Shown piece after piece: positions 1-9,120 of a stretch of DNA of 64,000 bases. The position numbers were made by a program, and so were the translations under genes. Below the pieces are notes generated by a model. It was not told the origin of the DNA, did not search any database, and worked only from the letters and a program-made list of their open reading frames with translations. Source of the DNA: Candidatus Bathyarchaeota archaeon (GTDB taxonomy: Archaea; Thermoproteota; Bathyarchaeia; 40CM-2-53-6; RBG-13-38-9); assembly GCA_963807605.1 (NCBI GenBank), contig CAWECG010000003.1:448377-512376 (forward strand), written 5' to 3'. Within the stretch, counting starts at the first letter, position 1; every line of letters begins with the position of its first letter.

Positions 1-210
1 TACAACAGAGATCCCTAGGCGCGACATATTGGAGAGTATCTTAGCCACCGTCAGATGATGGTAAGTCAAAGTAATTGGCATCAAAGAGCAATAGGTTACT
101 ATGTCCTCGCCTGAACGTATTGTGTTGGATATTTGCTCTGAAAGATCCTTTTTATTGACGTTCAGGGAAAGATTATCGAATAGCTTCTCTATTTCACTAG
201 CGCTGGTCAT
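1..210 (-). CDS. partial hypothetical protein (5' part; runs off window start)
   Basis: Minus-strand ATG at 210..208 opens a frame that stays open to position 1 (70 codons; MTSASEIEKLFDNLS...). No recognisable motif. Confidence 0.3.
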   Translation of the reverse strand, partial: MTSASEIEKLFDNLSLNVNKKDLSEQISNTIRSGEDIVTYCSLMPITLTYHHLTVAKILSNMSRLGISVV

Positions 211-444
211 ATTGTCTTTCCACTCTTACTATTGACGATAAGCTGGGAGTTATTGAAGTTCTCGCCTGGAATACCAAATCTGTGGAATCGAGATTCGCGA
301 TTTCGCGAAGTCAGTTTTTGACATGTATCTTGGGGCCATTATATAGCTGGACACCATCCTGCGTCCAAGGAGTAAGACACTAAGGAGGGCGTGATGAAAA
401 ACCGCTCCTGTGTGTCTTCATAATAAACCTAGGCTGGGACGCAA

Positions 445-1080
445 TTGAGAAAAATGGAACGTATACTATCAATTGTGGGGATTTCCATAATTCTGATAGG
501 AACACTTGTTCTTGCAAGTTTCCTTGGATTTGAGAGTACAGTGGAGCAGGTATTCGACGATGTTCTATTTGATGAGGTTCACAGAGAACTGGCTCAGTTT
601 GCATTTACGTTAACGTCAAAAGGAGCGTTCACAACTAATTATCCGATCCATGTCAGAGTTCGAGTTCTCATAATCGAGAAACAGGTTATGGAAATGCTAC
701 CTATCCAGGTGGTGTTTCCTAATGCCTGTGAGTACCCTCGTAGAGTCGTGACCCCCTTAGAAATACCAGCCGTAGCTCGAGTATCTATTAGCAACATCTC
801 TCCATATTGTGGAGAGGCATATATGGAGTTTACCTACTCGGGAACCTTTGGCTACATGATCTTCTTAAAAGATAACCCACTATGCGAGACTGTTCGCCAG
901 AAGATAATCACGGTGTCCCCTTATGAAGTGCGACTGCAAATTGACAATGTTAGAAGACAGCTAGGGATAGGTATAGTTGCTCTCGGCATAGCGATCACGA
1001 AAACGAAGATCATAGTACATTACCACAGTCATAAGGTAGTCTATATCACGCGCCAAGAGGAATTTTGTACGAGGCTCTGA
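445..1080 (+). CDS. hypothetical membrane-anchored protein
   Basis: 211-aa ORF with a hydrophobic N-terminal helix (ILSIVGISIILIGTLVLASFLG) and a second hydrophobic stretch near the C-terminus. No family motif recognised. Confidence 0.4.
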   Translation: MRKMERILSIVGISIILIGTLVLASFLGFESTVEQVFDDVLFDEVHRELAQFAFTLTSKGAFTTNYPIHVRVRVLIIEKQVMEMLPIQVVFPNACEYPRRVVTPLEIPAVARVSISNISPYCGEAYMEFTYSGTFGYMIFLKDNPLCETVRQKIITVSPYEVRLQIDNVRRQLGIGIVALGIAITKTKIIVHYHSHKVVYITRQEEFCTRL

Positions 1081-2183
1081 GAACCAAGAATCTTAACCTA
1101 AAGGCATACTCAACACGATTTCCAACAGACAATACTCATTTGAAGCAGAGGCAATAGCTTACACAATATCCAAACACTTTGGCATAAATTTAAATTCGGA
1201 TACCTACCTGGCCATATGGCAAAAAGAACCAAAGAAAATCATTGAGAGTTTTGAGCGGATGCATGGTGTGGTAAACAAGATCATAACAGAAGTGGAGCAG
1301 ACAGAAACACGGCAGATACTCACCGTCACCCGCTAAGAGATCAAAAAGATATGACTATAACGGCATATGGAACAGAAGAAGACGCAACAAAAGAGACAGA
1401 AAAGATAAAGAAACTATACCCCAAAGCCAAACTCCTCGCCCCATCCCAATACGTGTGGATACGCATGATTGCCAAGCATTTGGAATAAGATCCTTTGAAG
1501 GTGAGGAGTTGGAGCAGGGCGAGATCCGCTACATACTAGCAGCCTCAACAGAAGAAGCAACAAACTGGAATCTCAAGAGTAAATTATTATAAGGAATGAA
1601 ACGCATTTTTTTTATGCTGATTTTTTTCAAATTTCTATATATCTACCTATTTATCTAACATATCATCTTACAATTTCCTGCAGTAGTAGGACATTCAAAC
1701 ACCCTATACACACCCCACATATGTAGTACCTTACATTCACAGAAACGGTGGGGGTGGGTATGGCGGTTCTGGTAGCTAGGTGCTGTCCTAATTGGTGACT
1801 TGCATCGTCAGTTGTGTATCATGGTGTCTCTCAAATCTCCCGTTCTTGCCCAGTTCCTTCGCTATTCATTTAATCTCTTCAACGATTTCTTTCTTAGTTG
1901 TCGTTCCCTCGCCTCCTAAACAAGGACTAGCACAAGAGCTCAGTAAATGATTCTCGGACGATTCCACTAATCTTGCTTCATTATGAACGCACACTTTGCC
2001 TTAGCCGTTGAGCATAGCAGAGACTCTCGAATTCTTCGTCGGTCAGTTGATCCCATTCTAGCACACTTGATCCGACCTATCGTGACCGTCGTGGTACCTT
2101 GAATGTACTTCCTAGTACGCGCACTATGGAATAAATAGCTATATTACCAAAATGAGTAAGGAGTCCTTACATAAGGGATAGTC

Positions 2184-2696
2184 GTGTCGTCACTTCGTGT
2201 TATGATATTCATAGACGGTTCAAATCTATTCAAAGCATCAGAACGATATAGAACGGGGTATCGCCCTGACCTGGCGAAACTCCAAGATAAGTTGGTCAAG
2301 GGTCGAACGTTGATGAGAACCTATTACTACTGCTCAATAGCTAATCCACCAAGAATTGAGCAGATCAAGTTTCAAGATAAATTGAAAAATCTACACATCC
2401 AAGTGGTTTCTAAGTCTCTCAAAAATCGTCCTACTGGTGAAAAGGTTGAAAAGGGGGTCGATGTTGCACTTGTGACTGACATGCTTAGCCTTGCGTTTCG
2501 TAATGCGTATGATGTAGCCATTTTGGTCAGCGGCGATAGCGACTTCCTTCAAACGGTGAATGAAGTCAAACGAGCTGGCAAAAGAGTTGAAATAGCTTCA
2601 TTCAGGTTCACTATAGGCAAGGAGTTACAAACGGAAGCTGACGATTTCATTCCAATTGAACCAATAGCCGATGAGATAGCACTTGAGCGAGGCTAA
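2184..2696 (+). CDS. NYN/LabA-like (PIN-fold) domain protein
   Basis: Translation has the NYN/LabA signature: IFIDGSNL near the N-terminus, GVDVALVTDM, and ILVSGDSDF (the acidic catalytic-site motifs of the DUF88/NYN fold). Confidence 0.7.
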   Translation: MSSLRVMIFIDGSNLFKASERYRTGYRPDLAKLQDKLVKGRTLMRTYYYCSIANPPRIEQIKFQDKLKNLHIQVVSKSLKNRPTGEKVEKGVDVALVTDMLSLAFRNAYDVAILVSGDSDFLQTVNEVKRAGKRVEIASFRFTIGKELQTEADDFIPIEPIADEIALERG

Positions 2697-3434
2697 GTTT
2701 GATGGTGGCTACACACGCGTAAAACGCAAATTATAATAATACGTAAGATAAGGTAATGTGTACATCACAACCTAGCAGTAGGTGGGGATTACCCCTAGTG
2801 ACGGGAAACCGTCAACCAACTGCTTAATTTGACTTATGTGGTGGGGTATTAGTACTCTCCCCAAGGATTGAAAGCGGTTCTTGGGGGAGGGGTGTACGGG
2901 CAACCTGCACCTTACACCCACCGCACTTGTTCTAAGACCTAAACATGAGCACTTCACAGGCTTTCAATTTTGAAAATGTAGTCTTCTTTGTTGCATGTAT
3001 AGGTCTTGCCGCATCGGGGACACTTTTCTTGAATGTTTTGTAACGTTGCGGTTTTGAAGGAAGCGTAGTCCATCTGCATTATTGAAGGATGCATAAATCG
3101 GCATTCTGATACCTTGCATATTGCCAGTAAAGGCATAACGAGCATCGCTAGTACTGCTTTGTACTACTTCTACCTGCAGTATCGTCATGATGTTTTGCAT
3201 AACCTCTATTTCATGTTAAAGTTACTTTAGTCTTCAATGTATTGTGACACTCTCCTAAGCGTAACACAGCCAATGAACGTCTAGCAAGCGAGATCTACAA
3301 GGGATCCTGACCGTTATAATTTCCAGTATATCGAGCTCCAGTTATCCCAACCTTTCAGTTTCAATAATCCTATTATTAATCTTGCATATCTCAATGCAAG
3401 CAATGTTTCCAAAAAAGGAGCTTTTCTGTCTTTC

Positions 3435-3623
3435 TTATCCTAGAGTCACGACCTTACCGCAGTTACTACATTTCAATAAGAGGATCTCATACTGGACTCC
3501 ACTAGCGGGGATTCTGGTTTGGTCAGCGGTATATAGTGGTAGCATCATGGCGTCTTTTGTCTCTTCTTTCTTAGCACAATCAGGGCAGGGAGGATAATGC
3601 TCGAAACTCAGACTGATTGACAT
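3435..3623 (-). CDS. putative small zinc-ribbon protein
   Basis: 62-aa ORF with CPDC ... CSNCG, i.e. a four-Cys ribbon spacing. Very short and in an ORF-poor region, so speculative. Confidence 0.25.
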   Translation of the reverse strand: MSISLSFEHYPPCPDCAKKEETKDAMMLPLYTADQTRIPASGVQYEILLLKCSNCGKVVTLG

Positions 3624-3951
3624 AGCAACTCACTAGTCTATTTTCCATTATCCCTAGAAAACTATGGGTCAACGTTATTTGGTGGTGGATAATGGGTGAG
3701 CGCATCTTAATTTGGACACATTCATAACCTTAGACCCTAGATATCCTAGCATTCAAAACCTTAGAACCTAACCAAATTGGCTGTCTGAGTGTAAATTGGT
3801 GCGCGAATCCCACTCCCCGCACCAATACGCGCCTGCGTGTTGACGCAAGCCCGCGCGTATGTCGGCAAGATTGGCTCGGGATTTCACGGCAGTCATACAA
3901 AGAAATCGTGGCGACGCCGCTGAAGCTGCACGACAATTATACAATTAAGAT

Positions 3952-4224
3952 TCAAGTACGTGTCAAAGAGGAAGTTCCGTGAGCGATTCTTGGAGAAGGC
4001 TCATGCAATCTATCTTTTACTTTACTATCGAGTTCTAAAGTGGCCTTCTCGTGATGGGTCGTGACAGGAATTTTGATTGTGTTGTCGGGTTCGGTCTGGA
4101 TATGTCTGATACTTCGAAGGGCACTTGTGAAATGTGCTTTTCTACAGACATCGCAGTATCTTAAGCCTCTGCTCGTCTTTCTTCCGCAATCAACACATTT
4201 CTCAGATACGTCCAGCATCAACAA
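3952..4224 (-). CDS. putative small zinc-ribbon protein
   Basis: 90-aa ORF with CVDCG ... YCDVC (C-x2-C ... C-x2-C). Speculative. Confidence 0.25.
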   Translation of the reverse strand: MLMLDVSEKCVDCGRKTSRGLRYCDVCRKAHFTSALRSIRHIQTEPDNTIKIPVTTHHEKATLELDSKVKDRLHEPSPRIAHGTSSLTRT

Positions 4225-5571
4225 CTCACCAACGATTTACGATACGGGAAGCAGAATAACCGCTGAGAGCAAAACTATCCCACAAAACCGTTATCCCTTC
4301 AAAACATTATGTCATGAAGTTAGTTAAGAGCCATCATATAAAACCATTGTCACCTAGGCGTCTCGAACTCGGTTACACTAGACTCCTCCGGTCGTCCTCT
4401 TGACCGCAAAATTAACTAACCGTCTGGTTTTCATGCTCGCATTTCGATTTGCAGATTTACAGACTAATGAAAATCGATCTCTCTTGGTAAGACCTTGATC
4501 TAAACCTTCTTGACTATGGATATCATAGTAAGTCAGCAGAAAGATGGAGCAACGGTAACAGTCGATTCAAAGCCCAAAGTCTGGTATAATCTTTCTGGAT
4601 CGGAACGGGCTAAAAGAAACGCAGAGGCTCTACTTGACGAATTAGATAAACAAGTATGATGAAGGCCCATCCCACAATCCCCCTCTACAGAATGCTATCG
4701 TCGGTTCTGTCAAGTCTACGTCGGTTGACAGATGCTGTAAAAATACGTCGGGTGGCGATGGGTGTTGCACCCGAAAGGGCTCTGTTAAGTTGGCGGTTGC
4801 CTGTTCAGGCTGTTAAGTTTCGGTTGATGGCAAAGGGTTAATTTCTTCGATTGGACAAATATTTTGTCTCTTCTTGCACCAAGCTTTTCCCTCTTCCGCT
4901 AGTTTTTTCTGCACTTCAAATGATAAACCAGCCAATACGGGTATCTCTAAACTTGGGCATGACACTTCAGGTATTAATGAACCTCTGACCTCCTTTCTCG
5001 GTTTCTCGACCCGCCTGTATTTTCCATCTGACCCTTTCCTTTGTGTTATGACAAGCTCATCTGGGTCAAAGAATTTTGTTGTTATTTCATCTACCCCAGT
5101 TATTGGGCAAATTTTCCTGATAATTTTAGCAAATTTTTCTGTTGATTTAAGCCCATAGCGAATTTTACCCATTACTCATTCCCCCCATATTCTTTGGTTC
5201 TGTTAAGTCTTCATAATGGAAGCTTTAATCCTTGAAGCTTCATCCTCTTATCTAAGTATTCTAGGTTAGGTTTGAATTTTGCATCCGTCGCAAGAGTACA
5301 AAACTTCGAATGGTTGGCTAGTTATGATAAGGCTAGAAATAGGCAAACTTGTGCGTCTAAAAACATATACCGACACTGACGAGCCAATCTATTGGGCCAA
5401 CAATCAAAGAGTTTTCCGATTGAAGAAAGCCTAGTTTGGCTCTATGTAGTCTGCGTCGGATCGATTGGGCTGTAAAAAATCGTCGGATAGAGTCACATTT
5501 CTTATGGTAGATAGTTTATGGCAGATTCGTGAACAAAGTCGGTTGAGATGTAGACCCTTAGTTATTGGCTT

Positions 5572-5997
5572 TCAAACCTTGAGTTCGTCAGAAGTTAGCT
5601 GAGTTTTCTTTCCCCAGAGGGCTTTCCTCATTTCGGTTAATGTCTTCCAATAACTGGCAGGTGAGGGATTTGCCATAAAGGATTTCACCGCTTGAAGAAC
5701 CTCATCGGGAGCGAAAAGAACCATACGAGAGTATTCGGCGAAGAGCGTGTTTTGAATATCCTTCTTGGTCTTGATATTATAGGTTTGAAGCACATCGACT
5801 GGTAAATGGTCAATTTGGTTGGGGTACAACAAGACCTGCATATAGATAGGCACAGATCGGAAGCGACTTACCCTCTCTTCGAACTCAGCAAGTTGGGTCT
5901 GGGTTCGACGTCTGAAAAACTCCGAGAAATATGCGCCGACTATTCCCCCTACGCCGAGTCCTGTTAGTAGTGTAAGTACCAACCCATTATCTACCAA
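5572..5997 (-). CDS. hypothetical protein with N-terminal TM anchor
   Basis: 141 aa with an N-terminal hydrophobic helix (LVLTLLTGLGVGGIVGAYF) followed by a charged soluble region. No motif recognised. Confidence 0.4.
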   Translation of the reverse strand: MVDNGLVLTLLTGLGVGGIVGAYFSEFFRRRTQTQLAEFEERVSRFRSVPIYMQVLLYPNQIDHLPVDVLQTYNIKTKKDIQNTLFAEYSRMVLFAPDEVLQAVKSFMANPSPASYWKTLTEMRKALWGKKTQLTSDELKV

Positions 5998-6060
5998 GAG
6001 ACTCCAAATTCAATTCTTACTGACGATATTTATGGTTAATGGCGAGAAGAAACTTAAGAT

Positions 6061-6214
6061 GCACTCACCAGCTATGTCACACACAGACAAAAAAATCAAT
6101 ACCTAACGGTTAAAATTCAGATGCTCTCACCAAGGGACACAGAAAAATAGCTCGCTCTAACGGTTCAAATCCATGTGATCTCACCAGCTAAGGCGCACAT
6201 ACTTTTTTTTAAGG
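6061..6214 (+). repeat. tandem array of three ~53-nt units of a dispersed repeat family
   Basis: Units start near 6061, 6111 and 6165 and share the core (g)atgc(a/t)ctcaccag.. ..cacaca plus acggtt(a/c)aaat(t/c)ca. The third unit is followed by a T8 run. Confidence 0.7.
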
Positions 6215-6217
6215 AAG

Positions 6218-6406
6218 TTGCTTGTCCCTATTCTAGGGAAGTCTGCAATGGAACTTGATTTGGATTCATGGGAACAACGAGTCGCGAATCCAAAGGCGTT
6301 GGGTGATGCAGGGAAGACTCTGTGGAAGAAAATACAACCTGTTCTCAACGACGTTTTGGATGAGATAAAAAAGAACGGGAGAATTAACAATTTACGTAAA
6401 AGCTGA
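6218..6406 (+). CDS. small hypothetical protein (62 aa) abutting the downstream ORF
   Basis: Its stop TGA is immediately followed by the ATG of 6408..6926 in the +1 frame. It may be a partner protein or the N-terminal part of a frameshifted gene. Confidence 0.3.
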   Translation: MLVPILGKSAMELDLDSWEQRVANPKALGDAGKTLWKKIQPVLNDVLDEIKKNGRINNLRKS

Positions 6407-6407
6407 G

Positions 6408-6926
6408 ATGGACAGACTCAGTGGCCCAATCAAAATGCTTGAAGAAATAACCGCAACTTACAACACGGTAATCCATATCTTTGAGAGACCGCAGGAAGAG
6501 CGGTTGCGATTCTTCCAGGCAATCCAACCATTCGGTTTCGAAGAAGCTAGTGTGACCCGCATGCATCTAACGTTGGCGGTAGCGATCACTGTTCTTTCAA
6601 CAGAACTCTTCAAGCTAGTTCTGCTATTTCATATGAAAGATGTAAGCCCTGATGTCTCAAAATTCAATATCACAATGCAAAGTTCTGCTCCCAAAACTTG
6701 GCCGCTGCTCAAGCTTTTCGTTGACAATGATTTTCGCAACGCCTTAGCGCACGGTACGTACGCTATTGTCAACAAGAAGATTGTCCTCTACAGGGATACA
6801 ACGCTGATTCCATTTGAGGAAATGGAGCTTCACGAGTTCATGATGAGGAGCAAAGATCAGAATGTGCTGTTTCACTGCCTCTTCAATGTCTTAGCGGCTA
6901 AGAAAAGATTGGGCTTCTTCACTTGA
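6408..6926 (+). CDS. hypothetical protein with HEPN-like Rx4HG motif
   Basis: 172 aa, predicted mostly helical. Contains DNDFRNALAHGTY (R-x4-H-G..Y), which resembles the HEPN/HepT ribonuclease active-site motif R(N)xxxH.Y. Confidence 0.45.
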   Translation: MDRLSGPIKMLEEITATYNTVIHIFERPQEERLRFFQAIQPFGFEEASVTRMHLTLAVAITVLSTELFKLVLLFHMKDVSPDVSKFNITMQSSAPKTWPLLKLFVDNDFRNALAHGTYAIVNKKIVLYRDTTLIPFEEMELHEFMMRSKDQNVLFHCLFNVLAAKKRLGFFT

Positions 6927-6997
6927 TCAGTTCGATTAACTAGACTTAGATCCGAAGTATGTGACTTCTGCGAGCGTAGCGAGCCATTAGATTATGA

Positions 6998-7088
6998 TTT
7001 GTGTGTGTGCCATAGCTGGTGAGCACACACAATTAACCTGCTCCAACGGTTCAAATTACGATGCTCTCACCAGCTAAGTTGACAAAAG
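6998..7088. repeat. two copies of the dispersed repeat in inverted orientation (palindromic unit plus tRNA-T-loop-like unit)
   Basis: 6998-7033 'ttgtgtgtgtgccatagctggtgagcacacacaat' is a near-perfect hairpin version. 7045-7088 'aacggttcaaattacgatgctctcaccagctaagttgac' is the direct-orientation unit. Confidence 0.7.
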
Positions 7089-7143
7089 TTAAAAGACTCG
7101 AGCAGTAGATCATTAGTCTTAGATGAGTTTGTGAGGTGATAAG

Positions 7144-7515
7144 ATGCCAAAAATGGAAGTAAAGAGTCTGAATTCTCCGGATGAAGTGAGAACTTTCGAG
7201 AAGGGGAAGCTGGAACTTGTAAGTATTGGAGGAGCAACGGTTGTGCGTTATACACTGGAACCTGGGTGGCGATGGTCTAAACACGTCAAGCCAGTAGCGA
7301 AGACCGAGAGTTGTGAGGCTCCACATTTTGAATATCACGTCTCAGGAATTATGCATGTTGTGATGGATGATGGTACAGAAAGAGACGTGAAAGCTGGTGA
7401 AGTCTCCTCAATTCCGCCAGGACACGATGGTTGGGTTGTTGGAAACGAACCTGCGGTCGTAGTTGATTTCCAAGGATTGGTCGATTACGCCAAGCAGCCA
7501 CCAAGAAATAAGTAG
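7144..7515 (+). CDS. cupin-domain protein
   Basis: 123 aa; the beta-strand-rich core with HxH-like residues (EYHVSGIMHVVMDDGTE ... PPGHDGWVV) fits the small cupin_2 barrel. Confidence 0.6.
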   Translation: MPKMEVKSLNSPDEVRTFEKGKLELVSIGGATVVRYTLEPGWRWSKHVKPVAKTESCEAPHFEYHVSGIMHVVMDDGTERDVKAGEVSSIPPGHDGWVVGNEPAVVVDFQGLVDYAKQPPRNK

Positions 7516-7543
7516 CATTCCAAAACCATTTTTTTGTGTCCCT

Positions 7544-7578
7544 TTGTGTGTGTGCCCTAGCTGGTGAGCACACAATGG
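7544..7578 (-). repeat. palindromic copy of the dispersed repeat
   Basis: 'ttgtgtgtgtgccctagctggtgagcacacaatgg' is the reverse complement of the core ctcaccagcta.ggcacacaca and can fold as an 8-9-bp stem hairpin. Confidence 0.7.
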
Positions 7579-7582
7579 ATTC

Positions 7583-8152
7583 CTAGACGTTATCGCGGTA
7601 ATTCCATACCTTCCGAAGAGTTTCCATATATTCTCGGTCTGCGTTTGGATAGAACTCTTCAAGCCTTTTCCATTTCTCGCGCATTTGGGTGACGTCAAGC
7701 ATCCAGTAGGCGTCCTTCATGCTGATTTCTGATGTACTTACGATGAGTCTCACGAGATACTCCTTGAACGATCCCTTCGCGCTCAAATAGCGTTCACTTG
7801 TGCCGAATATCAGATCAGCTATTTCATTTATGGAATTACTTGCTTCAAATGCGAACCATAACAGGGTTAATCCTTTGGGGTCAAATTGCGAGTAGTTCAA
7901 CTGTCCCCATTCCTGATAGTATCTGCTGACAATTTCAGGATGAATCTTCTCCTGAATCACGACATCAATTAGTGACTTGCCACTCTTGAAGAGTCTAAAC
8001 AGCCTTGATGCTAGCTCGCCGTTTAACTCAGAGCTGACTGTCCTTACTTCATCCTCGCTATTGGTGCTGAGGGATTGCGGCTTGAGTGTCCTGTGTATTG
8101 TTGTGATGGAAGAATTTGTTACCTTTGCTATGACTCTATAGCTCATCTTCAA
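7583..8152 (-). CDS. hypothetical protein with N-terminal HTH-like segment
   Basis: 189 aa; the N-terminus YRVIAKVTNSSITTIHRTL looks like a helix-turn-helix. The rest is unassigned. Confidence 0.4.
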   Translation of the reverse strand: MKMSYRVIAKVTNSSITTIHRTLKPQSLSTNSEDEVRTVSSELNGELASRLFRLFKSGKSLIDVVIQEKIHPEIVSRYYQEWGQLNYSQFDPKGLTLLWFAFEASNSINEIADLIFGTSERYLSAKGSFKEYLVRLIVSTSEISMKDAYWMLDVTQMREKWKRLEEFYPNADREYMETLRKVWNYRDNV

Positions 8153-8172
8153 TGCTCTAAGCCGTTTGATCC

Positions 8173-9033
8173 ATGCTGCCAGATCCTCGTTTTCCTGCTG
8201 TTTCCGGGGGTATCGTGTACGTAGGCTCAGGGGATGGTAAGGTGTATGCGTTGAATGCTGCTACAGGAGCCAAGGTATGGAATTACGCAACAGGCGTCCC
8301 TGTCGCGTCTTCTCCTGCTGTTTCAGGTGGTATCGTGTACGTAGGCTCATTTGATGGTAATGTGTATGCGTTGAATGCTACCACAGGCGCCAAGGTATGG
8401 AATTACACAGTGCGCTACGGTGTCACAACTTCTTCTCCTGCTGTTTCAGGAACCGTTGTGTACGTAGGCTCATTGGATGGTAAGGTGTATGCGTTTGCAC
8501 CTACTTCAGCTCAGGTGGCTTGTGCCACGGGCACTGGGACGGGGACGTTCACTATGAGTCCGAGTACTGCTGGAGGATTCACAAGTCTAACCGCTTCAGC
8601 ATCATCGAGTGTCTCACCCGCTCCGCCAGCAGGGTTAACGTTTCCTGACGGCTTATTCTCCTTCACAATCTCAGGTCTCGCACCGAGGGCAACTGTTACA
8701 GTAACCCTCAAGTTGCCTGCTCCGTTGCCGGCGGGTTCCTTCTCGTATTGGAAGTTTCAGTCTGGTGTGTGGAGTCAGTATTCGTCGGCTTCGCTTGATT
8801 CCACTCGAACCATTATCACGTTAACCTTCACCGCATCAGCCAGTGGCACAATTACTGACCCTGGGGGCCCAGCAATCGTGCCGCCTCCTCCGTCCGCAAG
8901 ACCGGTCGGAGGCGTCGTGGAACCCGTCAACAAACTCACACTTCTCACACCATATTTGGCCTTCTTCGGAGTGGTCGCGGCTGTTGCAGTCGTCATTGTG
9001 ACGGATAGGAAACGCAGAGAACCCACAGACTAG
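8173..9033 (+). CDS. PQQ-like beta-propeller repeat protein, N-terminally truncated, with C-terminal TM anchor
   Basis: Three or more tandem ~40-aa repeats SPAVSGGIVYVGSxDGxVYALNAxTGAKVWNY (PQQ/WD-like blades), then a Ser/Thr-rich linker and a C-terminal hydrophobic helix plus a basic tail. The ORF starts inside a repeat with no signal peptide, so it is probably a fragment. Confidence 0.6.
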   Translation: MLPDPRFPAVSGGIVYVGSGDGKVYALNAATGAKVWNYATGVPVASSPAVSGGIVYVGSFDGNVYALNATTGAKVWNYTVRYGVTTSSPAVSGTVVYVGSLDGKVYAFAPTSAQVACATGTGTGTFTMSPSTAGGFTSLTASASSSVSPAPPAGLTFPDGLFSFTISGLAPRATVTVTLKLPAPLPAGSFSYWKFQSGVWSQYSSASLDSTRTIITLTFTASASGTITDPGGPAIVPPPPSARPVGGVVEPVNKLTLLTPYLAFFGVVAAVAVVIVTDRKRREPTD

Positions 9034-9070
9034 TCAGTGAGCTGATTTCGCAATCCCTGATTTTGTGTGT

Positions 9071-9120
9071 GTACCTTAGCTGGCGAGAGCATCTAGAATT
9101 GAACCGCTTGGTATTGATTG
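9071..9120 (-). repeat. dispersed repeat copy (reverse orientation)
   Basis: Reverse complement reads 'caagcggttcaattctagatgctctcgccagctaaggtacacacacaaaa', matching the family consensus. Confidence 0.7.

Noticed and set aside
1740-1790. RNase P RNA CR-V-like 'acagaaacggtggg'
   Set aside because: Only a 7-nt resemblance. The other universally conserved RNase P boxes (GGAAAGTCCGG, AGGGTGAAA, CCGGCTTA) are absent from the region.
6161-6200. tRNA gene or tRNA 3' fragment suggested by GGTTCAAATCC in the repeat units
   Set aside because: The flanking bases cannot form a 5-bp T-stem (at most 3/5 pairs) or an acceptor stem, and there is no upstream D or anticodon arm. The resemblance is restricted to the T-loop heptamer.
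6061-6214. Possible mini-CRISPR array (three ~53-nt periodic units)
   Set aside because: The 'spacers' are themselves conserved between units (all contain acggttMaaatYca). The repeats are degenerate rather than identical. There are no cas genes and the same motif is dispersed singly elsewhere. The array is a tandem copy of the dispersed repeat, not CRISPR.
6061-9120. Integron with attC sites
   Set aside because: Repeat copies occur in both orientations. Genes are on both strands. No IntI-like tyrosine recombinase and no R'/R'' GTTRRRY cores are evident. This is kept only as a loose analogy.
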